Positions 1 through 11,120 of a stretch of 64,000 nt of DNA are shown here, piece after piece (position 1 is the first letter of the stretch; every line of letters starts with the position of its first letter). The notes under the pieces are model-generated. The model was given only the letters and a program-made list of their open reading frames with translations, had not been told where the DNA came from and searched no databases. The stretch covers positions 393,257 through 457,256 of the forward strand of contig JAANOX010000047.1 of assembly GCA_020184695.1 (NCBI GenBank), in the 5' to 3' direction. Source of the stretch: Histomonas meleagridis 2922-C6/04-290x. Its lineage: Eukaryota; Protista; Parabasalia. The position numbers were made by a program, and so were the translations under genes.

Positions 1-67
1 TCGCGTTAATTGATTCTTTCGTTGTATCAATTGTCAATCCGTTTTCTTTAATTGCTTTAAGTTAATT

Positions 68-740
68 TCACATTGGTTTTTGTATTTGTGTTATTTTCTT
101 TTCATAATTTTCTTTCGTTTCATTAATAGTTTTTTCAATTGATTTAATTTCTTCTAAAAATTTTTTTTTTTTTTTTTCAACTTCTTCTTTTTGTTTCATA
201 ATTCTTTCGATTATATCATTCAGATTTCTATTTTCTTCTTCTTCTTTTGAGATTTTTTGTATATCTTCAAGAAGTTTAGAATCTGTTTCACCTATAAACA
301 AATTAAGTTTTTTTCATCTTTCTTCTCTTTTTGATTATTTTTAATTCTTCTAAAAGTTTTAAGTTTCGTTTTTTACATTCATCAATTTGTCTTGTTAAAG
401 ATTCCATTATATTACGATGTGTTTCATCTTCTTTTCTTTCTTCTTCATTTTGATATTTTTTATTAATTTTATATTGTTGCGAATTTTCTTCAATTTGTTC
501 ATGAATTTCATTTTTCAATTTCATTATTTCTTCGATTTGAAATTTCGTTTTTTGTTTATTTAATTCTGTTAATTTTCGTTGCTGCTCATAAAATTGTAAC
601 ATAATTTCATTGATTTCTTCAACTTTACTTTTAAGATTTTCTTCATTATGTTGAAGTGCTTCACCAACTTCAAGTTGTTTCTTATGATGTAATTCTTCTA
701 AATCTTTATCACGTTCATTTTGAATATGTTTAGCTATCTA
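68..740 (-). pseudogene. Fragmented coiled-coil (E/K/Q-rich) coding region
   Basis: ORFs 68..301 and 303..602 are E/K/Q-rich. The 303..602 frame stays open upstream to about 740 (IAKHIQNERDKDLEEL...). The two ORFs are out of frame and no clear start was found. Confidence 0.35.
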
Positions 741-999
741 TAGCTAAACAAAGTGAGAGAACGGAAAAAGTTCATGAGTAAATTCTAATTATTTTTATTT
801 AATATACTGAAACTACCTTCTTGTTACCAATTTTGGTTATTATTTAAAAAAAATTGAATCTGTTCAAACATTATTTAAATTTTGATAATTTCAAATCGTT
901 TCTTTTTTCAATAGAATTTGAAGCATTTGATTGCTTTCACTTTAAAAGAATTCCAAAGCTTATTAACATTTCTTGGATCGAGCATTCTTTTACTCAAAT

Positions 1000-1611
1000 T
1001 TAGCAGCTGCATTTCTTTCCACCTCCTTCTTTTCCTTCCTTAATATTGACGCCATCCTTCTTGCCGCCACCTGTATTTGAGGAGTCACCTGAAAGTTTCT
1101 TAGCTGATTCTTCGGCAACTCGAACAAATAATTCTTCAATTCCTCGACCAGATTTGGCACTAACTTCGTAGTAACATGCACCAAGTTCTTTAGCAACAGA
1201 TTCTCCTTGTTCTGTTGTGACAGTTCTTTCTTCGACAAGATCCATTTTATTTCCAATAACGAAGATGGTTGGCATTTCGTCTGTTTGTGACTTCATTTCT
1301 TGTGCCCAGTTTTTAACGTCAGTGAGTGATGCTTCATCAATAACTGAAAATACCAATAATGCAACAATAGATCCACGATAGTACATTGGTGCAAGGGTCC
1401 TGAAACGTTCTTGGCCGGCTGTATCCCAAATCTGTAAATTAACATTAACTTTTTCAAGCTCGATTTGCTTCGCTGTATAGCATGCACCAATTGTTGCTGG
1501 CATATCAGCATCGAACTCATCTGAAACAGCGCGGCAGATGATTGATGTTTTGCCTACGCTTGTAGCACCAAGTAAAACGATCTTCGAATCAATTGCTGGG
1601 AGTTCAGACAT
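1000..1611 (-). CDS. Rab family small GTPase
   Basis: GATSVGKTS (P-loop), WDTAGQERF, GNKMD and EVSAK motifs; C-terminal CSC prenylation motif; Inr-like TCACTT upstream of the ATG. Confidence 0.95.
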   Translation of the reverse strand: MSELPAIDSKIVLLGATSVGKTSIICRAVSDEFDADMPATIGACYTAKQIELEKVNVNLQIWDTAGQERFRTLAPMYYRGSIVALLVFSVIDEASLTDVKNWAQEMKSQTDEMPTIFVIGNKMDLVEERTVTTEQGESVAKELGACYYEVSAKSGRGIEELFVRVAEESAKKLSGDSSNTGGGKKDGVNIKEGKEGGGKKCSC

Positions 1612-2224
1612 CCGAAGTTAGGATAAAAGTGACAGTTTCACAAGGTTAATTTAATTTTGAATGGATATAAAATTCTACTGTAATGGTTTTTGGACCAACT
1701 ACCAACAGAAATAATTCTATGAAATTTCTGGCGTGGACCGTTTAATAAGTTCAAATAAAAAAAAATTTCGTTGCTTTACAAAATGATCGTATCTATTCTG
1801 GGACAAAAATATAATAATATGACTATTAATGCTAGGAAACAAAATAATAAAAATTTGTGTTGACGTTAAAATGTTCTTTGAATGTTATTTTTTCAAGTAA
1901 AAAAATTCTCTCACTTAAGAATTTAGAAATTACCTTATTAATACAGTTAATAAAAACAAATGAATATCAAAATATTTTTTAATAATACAAAACATGCTTA
2001 AAATATGCTTTTTTATGAATATTTTTATGAAAATTAAACAATATTAATTTTAAGTATTCTAAATTTTTCGAAATAAATACGAACAATATGATCTCCTTGA
2101 CCTATTGTATATTCCCTATTGTTTCTTGCTGATAAATTCTAATACTTTTGAGATTACAATGCAAAAAATAGATATCAGCAATATAAACTATTCAAATGCA
2201 TTTTGACAAAGTCTGTTGATTAAT

Positions 2225-4501
2225 ATGTCGCAATCAGCTGTTGACTTTATCACATCAGTCAGATTTGCCGAAAGCCTCGAAGATGAACGCTTTATTATCA
2301 AATGCGAGCTAGCCGATATTAGAACTCTTATTCGAAATTGTGATCCAGATCTTAAACCCAGACTTATTGCAAAACTTGTTTTTCTTGATATCATAGGGGA
2401 GAATGTTTCTTTTGGTCAAATGGAAGTTGTTAATCTTATGAGTCATCCACGCCTTAGTTATAAGCGCATAGGTTATATGGCCGCTTCTGTTCTCCTTAAT
2501 GAAACATCAGAGACCACAGTTCTTCTTACTCACACTTTACTCAAGGATTTGCAATCAAATAATCCACAATTTCAAACACTTGCTCTTTCACTTTTAGCAA
2601 ATATTGGCTCACAAGAAATGTGTCAAACACTTGTTACCGAAGTTCAAAAGCTTATTGACAACTCGTCAGTCCAAATTATGAAACATGCTGCCATGGCAGC
2701 TGTTCGAATTGTTGATAAGCTTCCAGATATAGCAGATTCCTTTATTCCATCAGTTTACAAACTCCTTAAAAGCGGTGCACATAGTGTATTTATCTCTGCC
2801 ACCTGTTTAATCGAAGCTATTATCCGACAACAGCCACAATTAATCACCTCATTTCACAAATATCATAAATCATTCATCAAAATATTAGCGCAACTCAACC
2901 GAACTCGTTCACGCGAGTTCCAATATTCTATTTTCAACGATCCATTTTTACAAATTCGACTTTTAAGAATTTTAACTCTCCTTAAAAAGCCGAGCACAGA
3001 CTTGGACGATGTTCTAAAGACCATTTTCACGTGTGCTGACACACAACGTAACTGTGGGCGCTCAGTAATGTCGGCTGTAGTTGATGCGATAATGTCTACA
3101 TCGAACACATCATCGCTTCGAGGCTTAGCATTTGCGCAAGTTGGCCGACTCCTTAAGTCTAAAGAGCCGAACGTTGTGTATTATGCTTTGACCATCTTTT
3201 CTAAGACACTTTATAATGAAAACAACGAAATCATTGGAAGGACAAATGGCGACACAATAGCGTTACAACGTTATCGGTCATTTGTTATTCAATGTCTAAA
3301 TCATAGAGATCCATCAATACGTCGAAGGTCATTAAATGTCATTTCTGCGTTAATTGATGAAACGAACATCACCACTTTGATTCCTGAGATCTTAAATTAC
3401 ATCAAACTTTCAGATTCTGAGTTTCGGATTGAACTGATTGCAAAGATATTTACTGCAATTCAAAGGTTCTCTGATGACATTAAATGGAAGTTTGATATCA
3501 TATATCGAATCATTGTTGAAAATGATAACTATTTAGGCAACGACCTCATTACGTCATTTTGCAACATGGTGTTAAATAACCCCCAAATTCAATTGTATTC
3601 AATTGAACAATTCGAAAAGTCGCTCGTAAACTATTCAAACAACCAAACGATGACTCAAATTGCGTCGTGGTACATTGGGGAATTTTCGAGTAATATTAAG
3701 TCATATGAAATATTAAAACAAATTCTATTAATGCCACAAACTAATAATCAAACCAAAGGTTATATCCTAATCTCAATTTCGAAGTTGTCAATCAGATTTA
3801 AGTTGAAAGAAGACGCAATAAAAGTTTTAGAGAAATTTAAGAACAATGAAAACCTTGACTTACAACAACGGTCTGAAGAGTTAATCAAGATATTAAGCAA
3901 CAATGAAATTAACGAAGAAATTTTATCTCCAATTGAAATGACAACTAATATAACAAATAATAATAATAATAACAAACAAATTGAAATAATACAAAATGAA
4001 ACATCCAACAAAAAAGAAGAAGAAATTGTTGACGATTTATTATCAATTGTCGATATCCCTAATAACAACAATAGTTTTAATGATAAGAAGAATTATTTAA
4101 ATGATTTAATAAATGACGTAACGAAACCTTTGAACGAAGTCAACATAAAACCTTTCCCCGGCTCGATAGAAGCCATGAGGAAAAAGGACTTCGTTATGTA
4201 CTTCGAAATCGCTAAAAACCCACAGAACTTAAACCAAATTGCAATCAGAGCATCTTTCTTCAACACCGGAAGCCAAAGGCTGAATAACTTCAACGCGAAA
4301 TACGGAGTGCCAATCGGATGGAGCTTGAAGGCACAGCAGCAATCGGGCAGCGTGCTCGATACAAATGGGCAGCCAATCGTACAGCAAATGATGCTCGTCG
4401 GAAACGGAAGCGTGAAGCTGGCAATGAGGGCAGTAGTGTCGTACGAATATGGGTCGCAGCCGGTGACAGAAAGCGGCGATGTGAACCCGATCTTTGACTA
4501 G
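2225..4501 (+). CDS. Adaptor complex large subunit, gamma-adaptin-like (AP-1)
   Basis: Adaptin N-terminal trunk motifs (KRIGYMAASVLL, DLQSNNPQFQTLAL, DPSIRRRSLNVI), Asn-rich hinge and C-terminal ear domain. ATG at 2225 is preferred over the track start at 2216. Confidence 0.88.
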   Translation: MSQSAVDFITSVRFAESLEDERFIIKCELADIRTLIRNCDPDLKPRLIAKLVFLDIIGENVSFGQMEVVNLMSHPRLSYKRIGYMAASVLLNETSETTVLLTHTLLKDLQSNNPQFQTLALSLLANIGSQEMCQTLVTEVQKLIDNSSVQIMKHAAMAAVRIVDKLPDIADSFIPSVYKLLKSGAHSVFISATCLIEAIIRQQPQLITSFHKYHKSFIKILAQLNRTRSREFQYSIFNDPFLQIRLLRILTLLKKPSTDLDDVLKTIFTCADTQRNCGRSVMSAVVDAIMSTSNTSSLRGLAFAQVGRLLKSKEPNVVYYALTIFSKTLYNENNEIIGRTNGDTIALQRYRSFVIQCLNHRDPSIRRRSLNVISALIDETNITTLIPEILNYIKLSDSEFRIELIAKIFTAIQRFSDDIKWKFDIIYRIIVENDNYLGNDLITSFCNMVLNNPQIQLYSIEQFEKSLVNYSNNQTMTQIASWYIGEFSSNIKSYEILKQILLMPQTNNQTKGYILISISKLSIRFKLKEDAIKVLEKFKNNENLDLQQRSEELIKILSNNEINEEILSPIEMTTNITNNNNNNKQIEIIQNETSNKKEEEIVDDLLSIVDIPNNNNSFNDKKNYLNDLINDVTKPLNEVNIKPFPGSIEAMRKKDFVMYFEIAKNPQNLNQIAIRASFFNTGSQRLNNFNAKYGVPIGWSLKAQQQSGSVLDTNGQPIVQQMMLVGNGSVKLAMRAVVSYEYGSQPVTESGDVNPIFD

Positions 4502-5013
4502 TTGTGAATAAAAATATCGATTTGTTTCGATGTAAATGTTAAATATCTGTTTTTATGCTTGTTGTAGTTAAATGTTTTCATTGGAAATGTCAATTCATAA
4601 GTTATTTAGTGTGAATTCTCGATATGTATAGAGGAACCTTTTTGGAATTTGGCCCCTTTTGATTTAATTTATATAAGAATTCAGATATTAATAGATATCA
4701 AAAATGATTTTAATGCAATTGTGGCAATTTCATTCATTTTGTATAAATGGTTTGTAAGATTGAATTTTGAGAATTATTGATTAGGTTCGCTTATGTATTG
4801 CGTGGTATACAACCAATAAAAAGATTATAATAAGAATTTTGATCGAAGTACAACATTTTCAAATGTGTTGTAAAAAATAAGCATTGAAAAAAATTCGATC
4901 GTTATATTCTTAATTTGTGGAAATGTGATGTAAGAAGACAAATTTGACATAGTCAGTTTGATAAGAAAAACGGATTTTGTTCGTTATACCCAGAACCCTT
5001 TGCAAGGCTTAAA

Positions 5014-6378
5014 ATGAACAAAATGGGGTCAGATTTCAGAATAGTAGCAAAGCTTGGAGAAGGGTCTTTCGCCGAAGTGTTCAAGGCTAAATCTACACGT
5101 TTTAATCAGTACGTAGCAATAAAAAGATTAAAGAAAAGATACAGATCTCTCGAAGAAGTCAATCATTTGCCAGAAATCGTATCCTTACTACAACTACAAG
5201 GTCATCCAAATATTGTTAAACTCCTTGATTTAATTTATGACAATCAAAATGGATATTTTGCAATGGTTTTTGAACTTTTAGATTGCAATGTATACGAATT
5301 TATTACAGAGCACAAAAAGCCATTTACAGAAAATGAATCATTAATTTTAATTTATCAATTATTATCAGCAATTGCTTTTATGCATTCCAAGAATATGTTT
5401 CACAGAGATGTTAAGCCAGAGAATTGCATGGTTAACAGAGATACTTTTTTACTTAAGCTAGTAGATTTTGGTTCAACTAGAGGTGTTACATCATCAACAA
5501 GCCCTTACACAGAATATGTTTCTACAAGATGGTACAGAGCTCCAGAGTGTATTCTCACGTCCGGTTCTTATGGTCCTGAAGTTGATGAATGGGCCGTTGG
5601 TTGTATGTTATATGAATTATTAACAACTCGCCCATTATTTCCAGGTAAGCATGAGATTGATCAGATCGCGCGGATTCATAACCTGCTCGGGACGCCAGCT
5701 CGTGACGTTTTAGCACAATTTCGAAAAAATCCAAATACTCAAATTCCACTTTCTTTCCAACATAAAGCCCCTCAGGACCTACATACCCTTCTTCCAAAGT
5801 GTTCACAAGAAACAATTGAACTACTTAGTCGACTTCTTACATATAATCCATCAGAACGAATTACAGCAGCAGATGCGCTTAATCTCCCCGCCTTTGCACA
5901 AATACGCGAATATGAAGCTGCTTGGAACCAAAAAGAGAAGACTATTCCATTTTCTCTTTATTTCCTCCAAAATGTAAATGCGGTAAATTCACCACCACAA
6001 CCATATCCGCAAATTACGCAGCCAAAAGAACAGCCTCTCCCTCAACCAGAGCAACAAGAACAACAGCCAATACGACAGCAATATGCTCCTGTTATCCAAC
6101 AGCCACCAATCGCTCAGCCAAAACCAAAGTTGAAGCCAATTGTAGGAAACATTCCGTCACAGTATTCGAAGCAGCCAATAGATCCGTATATATATCAGGC
6201 GAGGCTGAAGGCGGCCCAAAGGGTCAAACAATATCAGCAAAAGAAAATGGCGCAACAAATGCAGGCGTCGGTATACAAGAAGCCGGTGCATGGCGGCGCT
6301 TATCAGTTCTCCAATCAAAAGTACCAAAAACCAAGGATCGATCTCATTTACCCGAGATTGCCGAAAATTGTTTTGTAA
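5014..6378 (+). CDS. CMGC protein kinase, MOK/RAGE (RCK family)-like
   Basis: GEGSFAEV, VAIK, HRDVKPEN, DFG and TEYVSTRWYRAPE activation loop; P/Q-rich C-terminal tail. Confidence 0.92.
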   Translation: MNKMGSDFRIVAKLGEGSFAEVFKAKSTRFNQYVAIKRLKKRYRSLEEVNHLPEIVSLLQLQGHPNIVKLLDLIYDNQNGYFAMVFELLDCNVYEFITEHKKPFTENESLILIYQLLSAIAFMHSKNMFHRDVKPENCMVNRDTFLLKLVDFGSTRGVTSSTSPYTEYVSTRWYRAPECILTSGSYGPEVDEWAVGCMLYELLTTRPLFPGKHEIDQIARIHNLLGTPARDVLAQFRKNPNTQIPLSFQHKAPQDLHTLLPKCSQETIELLSRLLTYNPSERITAADALNLPAFAQIREYEAAWNQKEKTIPFSLYFLQNVNAVNSPPQPYPQITQPKEQPLPQPEQQEQQPIRQQYAPVIQQPPIAQPKPKLKPIVGNIPSQYSKQPIDPYIYQARLKAAQRVKQYQQKKMAQQMQASVYKKPVHGGAYQFSNQKYQKPRIDLIYPRLPKIVL

Positions 6379-6641
6379 CTCTTTGTATCCAACTTCGTAC
6401 GAATAAAATAAAGTTGTTTTGTGTTAAATTATTTGAAACAAATAGAAAATAATTCCAAAAAGGTGAACGTTTGAAACCGTACTTTGGTTTGATTGATCAC
6501 ATAGAAAATATTGAATAGAAAATTACAAAATGATTTTATGGAAATAATTATATGTTAATATAAGGAAAGTGATAGAATAAAGTAAAAGGTGGTAGGTATG
6601 ATTATATTTATTGCATTGAAATTGAACATAGAAAAATCATA

Positions 6642-7343
6642 TCAATGTCGATGTGAATGACCATGAGAACGGTGGTGTGATTTGTGGTGGGATTTGTGCT
6701 TTGACTGTTCCTTTGGTGGTTTGCTTGGTTCAGGATTAGTTGCTTTAGGTGGAGGTGTTTCAGTTTCACGAGGTTGTTTAGGTGGTTTGCTTGATTTACT
6801 GTGATGGTGATGGTGGTGGTGATGACGGTGGTGTTTGTGATGACTAGATTTCTTTGATGGTGGAGATGAAGAATCATCGCTTGATTCTTTTGATTTGGAT
6901 GGAGGAGGTGAATAATAATCGTCACTGTCTGAATCTCTGTTCCTTCGCTTTCTTGATGGTGGAGGTGAGTAATCTTCATAACCCTGGGCAACTCTATTAT
7001 CAGGAGATGAAGAATTTTTACTTTCTTTCTCCATTCGGCTTTTCTGCATTGCTAATTTTTCTTCATGCTTTTTCATCATTTTACGCCTTAGATTAGGCTT
7101 ACTAAATTCAAGATGAATTATCTTTCCATCAAGCATAGTTTCATCAAGTTGACTAATAGCATACTCTGCATCTTGTGGTTTCTCAAATTCAACATAACCA
7201 AAGCCAAGAGATTTCCCATCATCATCTTTGATAATCTCAACGTTACGCACTTTACCAAATTTCTCACACTTGAAGCGGAGGTCCACGGCTTCTGTCCTGT
7301 AGTTTAACGAACCAACAAAAACAGTACGGCTTAAATGGGCCAT
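6642..7343 (-). CDS. RRM RNA-binding protein with Ser/Pro/His/Lys-rich tail (SR-like)
   Basis: RNP2 (VFVGSL) and RNP1 (GFGYVEF) motifs; low-complexity SPPP and poly-His C-terminus. Confidence 0.88.
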   Translation of the reverse strand: MAHLSRTVFVGSLNYRTEAVDLRFKCEKFGKVRNVEIIKDDDGKSLGFGYVEFEKPQDAEYAISQLDETMLDGKIIHLEFSKPNLRRKMMKKHEEKLAMQKSRMEKESKNSSSPDNRVAQGYEDYSPPPSRKRRNRDSDSDDYYSPPPSKSKESSDDSSSPPSKKSSHHKHHRHHHHHHHHSKSSKPPKQPRETETPPPKATNPEPSKPPKEQSKHKSHHKSHHRSHGHSHRH

Positions 7344-7777
7344 TTTAAATTTGCCAATTTGTGAATTTCGTTAGGTTTGTTTGAACTAATTTATCCTTAA
7401 AACCAATTTACTCAATAAATATATCTACAAAAATCATTCCATTTGCATCAAAACGATGAATACAATTTTGTTTTTACATTTACTATGTTTTAAGAATTTG
7501 ATGAGATGTATTCATTGGAATGTTTCAAGCAACAACTTTTGTCCAAAATTATGAAATCTTTTAGCTTATTACTGTTCTCATAGTTCTAAAATAAATAATA
7601 GGTAGACATAAATTCAATATTTTTTTTCTGAATAATTACATAATCAATAAAATTAACTTTGATATCTTAAAAACCTCATCCATGAACACTTAGATATCGC
7701 ATGCTTAAGTGCACATTAAAGTTTAAACAAAAAGAGGGTTGTATATCAACTGTTTAATAATTAGTTTTTCCATGTTG

Positions 7778-7882
7778 TTACTTTTGTTCATTACGTCTCA
7801 AGTAGAAACCAACTCCAGCGAGTGCTCCAACGATAATGATTCCAACACCTACAACAATAGCAATAGCGTCTGCAGCATCCAT
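7778..7882 (-). CDS. Candidate 34-aa single-pass membrane microprotein
   Basis: MDAADAIAIVVGVGIIIVGALAGVGFYLRRNEQK: one hydrophobic helix followed by basic residues, with a composition unlike the surrounding AT-rich intergenic DNA. Confidence 0.5.
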   Translation of the reverse strand: MDAADAIAIVVGVGIIIVGALAGVGFYLRRNEQK

Positions 7883-8082
7883 TGTTCCGAAATAAAAACG
7901 GTTTCTATCAAATTTGGGCTGTACCATGTACAACGATGAAATTGCAAAACCGTGAAGTCCATCGACAGTTTGGGGTGCACCCACTTTCAGGGCATGTACC
8001 CTAATAAACCGTTTTTTTATGCGACCAAAATTTCAATGAGATTTTTCTGAGGAAATGTGGCATATGCCATTGAATTTTTCCA

Positions 8083-9381
8083 ATGGAATCTGGCTGGCTC
8101 AAGAAAAGAGGAAGATTTAGGAAATGGAAAAAGCATTGGTTTGTGCTTCAAGATCAAACCCTTTACTATTATTCAAAACCAGGTTCTAAAGTTAGAGGCC
8201 ATATCAACCTTAAAAACGCTGAATTTATTTCTAGAGCACCAGAATGTCACAAACAACCTGCAATTAAAATAAATATACCTTGCCGTAAGACATTCTTCTT
8301 GGTTGCTAGTACACAAAAAGAGGCAGATGATTGGATTTCATCTTTGGAAGATGCTAGAGGTACTCAGGAAAATTCAACATCAGCTAAACCAGCAATGAAG
8401 GACTTCCATGTGATATCTCCACTTGGTCGTTCGACATATGGAAAAGTTTATCTTGTAAGAAATAAACATGACCACCAATTATACGCAATGAAAACAATGG
8501 ACAAAGCTACTCTTGAGGAATTTGACCAAGTTGACCAAGTGCTTGCTGAACGAAATGTACTTCTTAACATTAATCATCCATTTTTAGTTAAAGCTCGATT
8601 CACTTTCCAAACAGATACAAAGGTTTCCATGGTTATGGACTATGTTCCAGGCGGCGAATTATTCAAACAACTTAAAGAAGAAGGAAGATTTAATGAATCA
8701 AGAGCAAGATTTTATGCAGCAGAAATTGCCCTTGGTATCGGACACCTTCATTCCATTGGTGTTATATATCGAAATCTTATGTCGTCAAACATTCTTGTTG
8801 ACAAAGATGGTCATATCAAAATCACAGCCATGAGCTTAGTCAAGCCAAAAACAGATTTAGAAACAACTACAACGTTCTGTGGAACTCCAGAGTATATTCC
8901 ACCCGAAATGTTGCAAAATGTTCCATATACAAAAAATGTTGATTGGTGGAGTTTTGGGATTCTATTATTCGAAATGCTTACAGGTAACACTCCTTTCCAA
9001 AATGAGAACATACAAAAGACGTACCAAGCTATAGTTCATAACAATCCAACATTTCCGGATTATTTATCAACTGAAGCTATGTGCCTTATCACAAAGCTCC
9101 TTGAAAAGAACCCTTCTGAGCGATGCGGTGCAAAGGATGACTTTAAAGAGGTTTTAAGTGATCCTTTCTTTGCTGGAATTAATCAAGATGATTTGCTAAA
9201 CAAAAGAATACAGCCTGAATGGATACCTGAAATTAAAGAAGAAACAGACACGTCACATTTCGATAGTGACCTTTCTGATGATGAAATACTCTCCATAAAC
9301 AGCGAAAACACGTCCGTTAAAGAAGAAACTCAAAGTGCATTTCAGAACTTTACTTGCACAACCGAAAATTCGGTGTTCTAA
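8083..9381 (+). CDS. PH domain + AGC (Akt/PKB-like) kinase fold, probable pseudokinase
   Basis: N-terminal PH domain (GWLKKRG...WKKHWFVL), kinase fold with FCGTPEY and VDWWSFG, and AGC C-tail. HRD is replaced by YRN and DFG by AMS. Confidence 0.88.
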   Translation: MESGWLKKRGRFRKWKKHWFVLQDQTLYYYSKPGSKVRGHINLKNAEFISRAPECHKQPAIKINIPCRKTFFLVASTQKEADDWISSLEDARGTQENSTSAKPAMKDFHVISPLGRSTYGKVYLVRNKHDHQLYAMKTMDKATLEEFDQVDQVLAERNVLLNINHPFLVKARFTFQTDTKVSMVMDYVPGGELFKQLKEEGRFNESRARFYAAEIALGIGHLHSIGVIYRNLMSSNILVDKDGHIKITAMSLVKPKTDLETTTTFCGTPEYIPPEMLQNVPYTKNVDWWSFGILLFEMLTGNTPFQNENIQKTYQAIVHNNPTFPDYLSTEAMCLITKLLEKNPSERCGAKDDFKEVLSDPFFAGINQDDLLNKRIQPEWIPEIKEETDTSHFDSDLSDDEILSINSENTSVKEETQSAFQNFTCTTENSVF

Positions 9382-9671
9382 AACAAATGTGCAAGAAGAA
9401 ATTATTTTCTGTTTGAATATTCTGAAAAATAAAACATAATAATAATTTTTTTTTGTACTGACTTAAATTTGATATGAAAATGTTTTCAATAAGAAATTTT
9501 ATAGTTAAATCAATTTCATTATCGACAATCAAAAGTCAAAGCTGTGAGAGAATCTATGTAACACACTCTTATAAGAGAGTTCCTTTCAAGAAAAAGTTAT
9601 TTTGTTGAAATTTCTCAAGGAATTTAATTCTTAATTGAAAATTTTCAGTTTGGGAAAGAATTTTTATTATA

Positions 9672-10595
9672 TTACAGTTGTTCAGATTCATCAAATTCTG
9701 GCTCTGGTTGAGGGTTATGCAGCAGTGGCTCTGTATCGGACTGAGTCTTCTTCTTCATTGATTTTGATGACAAAATGAATACTCCTACCATCATCATAGT
9801 ACATCCAATGAAGAATAGGAACTTTCCGAGTGCTGTTACTGACATCATTTCATCATACAAAATTGATGAATTAATAATTGAGAAAGTTGTCAACGCAACA
9901 AAATACAGAGAATTAACGATGTACGCTTTGTGATTTTCCATAGCAATGTTTAGGCAATGCAATTGAAGCAAAACAGAACCAACAACAAATAAAATAATTA
10001 CATATGGAACAAAACTGGTAAGCTGATTTTTTGTGGTTACTGACATTTTCACAAACATAGCAATCGCTTTGGTTAGGGTAACAGTATTCCCTGCTGATAG
10101 TGATGCTAATGCTATTGTTGGAAGTAAATGTTTTCCGCCAAACATTTTCAAAATAATCATTATAAAGAGGATGCTTGAAAAGTAAATGATTTTGCCTTTG
10201 CTTTTAAGAAGTTGTTCAAATTCTTCAACAGATAAATCTTTTGAGTTACTTGGTCCATTAATAACCGTGCTCATAGTGCCAAGAGTAATTAGTATGATTC
10301 CTATAATTCCTTTTTGACTGACTTTTTCTCCAAAAAAGAAATTTCCAAAAATTGCACTGGCAATTATGCTGAATGACCCCAATGGAGCAATCACAGAAAC
10401 AGGTGAGAATGTGAGTGCAACAAAGTTAAATACTTCGCAAATTCCAAGGCAAATAATACCCATTATAAATGGGAATCTTTTGATTAATGGCTTATCACTC
10501 TTGATTGTATGCGCATACCTTTGAAGGTTCATTCCTAGTGCACTTGAGCATTGTCCAATAATAGAAAATCCTACACCAATTAAACGTGATGCCAT
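9672..10595 (-). CDS. NIPA-like Mg2+ transporter (DMT superfamily)
   Basis: Multi-pass hydrophobic pattern with the NIPA-type segment FVALTFSPVSVIAPLGSFSIIASAIFGNFFFGEK. Confidence 0.8.
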   Translation of the reverse strand: MASRLIGVGFSIIGQCSSALGMNLQRYAHTIKSDKPLIKRFPFIMGIICLGICEVFNFVALTFSPVSVIAPLGSFSIIASAIFGNFFFGEKVSQKGIIGIILITLGTMSTVINGPSNSKDLSVEEFEQLLKSKGKIIYFSSILFIMIILKMFGGKHLLPTIALASLSAGNTVTLTKAIAMFVKMSVTTKNQLTSFVPYVIILFVVGSVLLQLHCLNIAMENHKAYIVNSLYFVALTTFSIINSSILYDEMMSVTALGKFLFFIGCTMMMVGVFILSSKSMKKKTQSDTEPLLHNPQPEPEFDESEQL

Positions 10596-11120
10596 TTAGT
10601 GCAGGTGTAAATTTCAGTTCTGTGTAAACTAATTAAATCGTTTGAATTTTTTGTATAAACAATTTGCCACTTTGCAACTTTCAATGAAAAGGGTTGGATG
10701 TTATCGTTTAAATAAAAAACACAGCGTTTCAAACATTATTCCACATTTCATAGAGCAATTGTTCTAAAATTTTGAATAAAATAGTTATTATTTCACATAA
10801 ATCCCATAATCACCCAAATTTAGATCATTATATTCATTTGCATTTGGAATATTTGTTCAAAAAACAGGTATTAACTTCATCAAGGAAAAAAGATCTTCAA
10901 AAAGATAAGTCAATGAACCAATTACTTTTTCCATGAAATCATTTTAAATTAAGTAACAATCGGCTGTGTTGGAAGACCTTTCCTGATAACATTTGAATTG
11001 CACACTTAACAATTTTGAGAACAACAGATAGAATGTTTGAATAGTTTACACGATCAGTGCATTCAAATCTTGTATTGAAATTAATGTTGAGTGGTCAAGC
11101 AGGTTGAGATCACTTTTCTC

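Noticed and set aside
990-1520. ORFs 990..1256 and 1293..1520
   Set aside because: Alternative-frame shadows of the Rab gene with no motifs.
5555-6452. ORFs 5555..5815 and 5922..6452
   Set aside because: They overlap the well-supported kinase gene and have no recognisable content.
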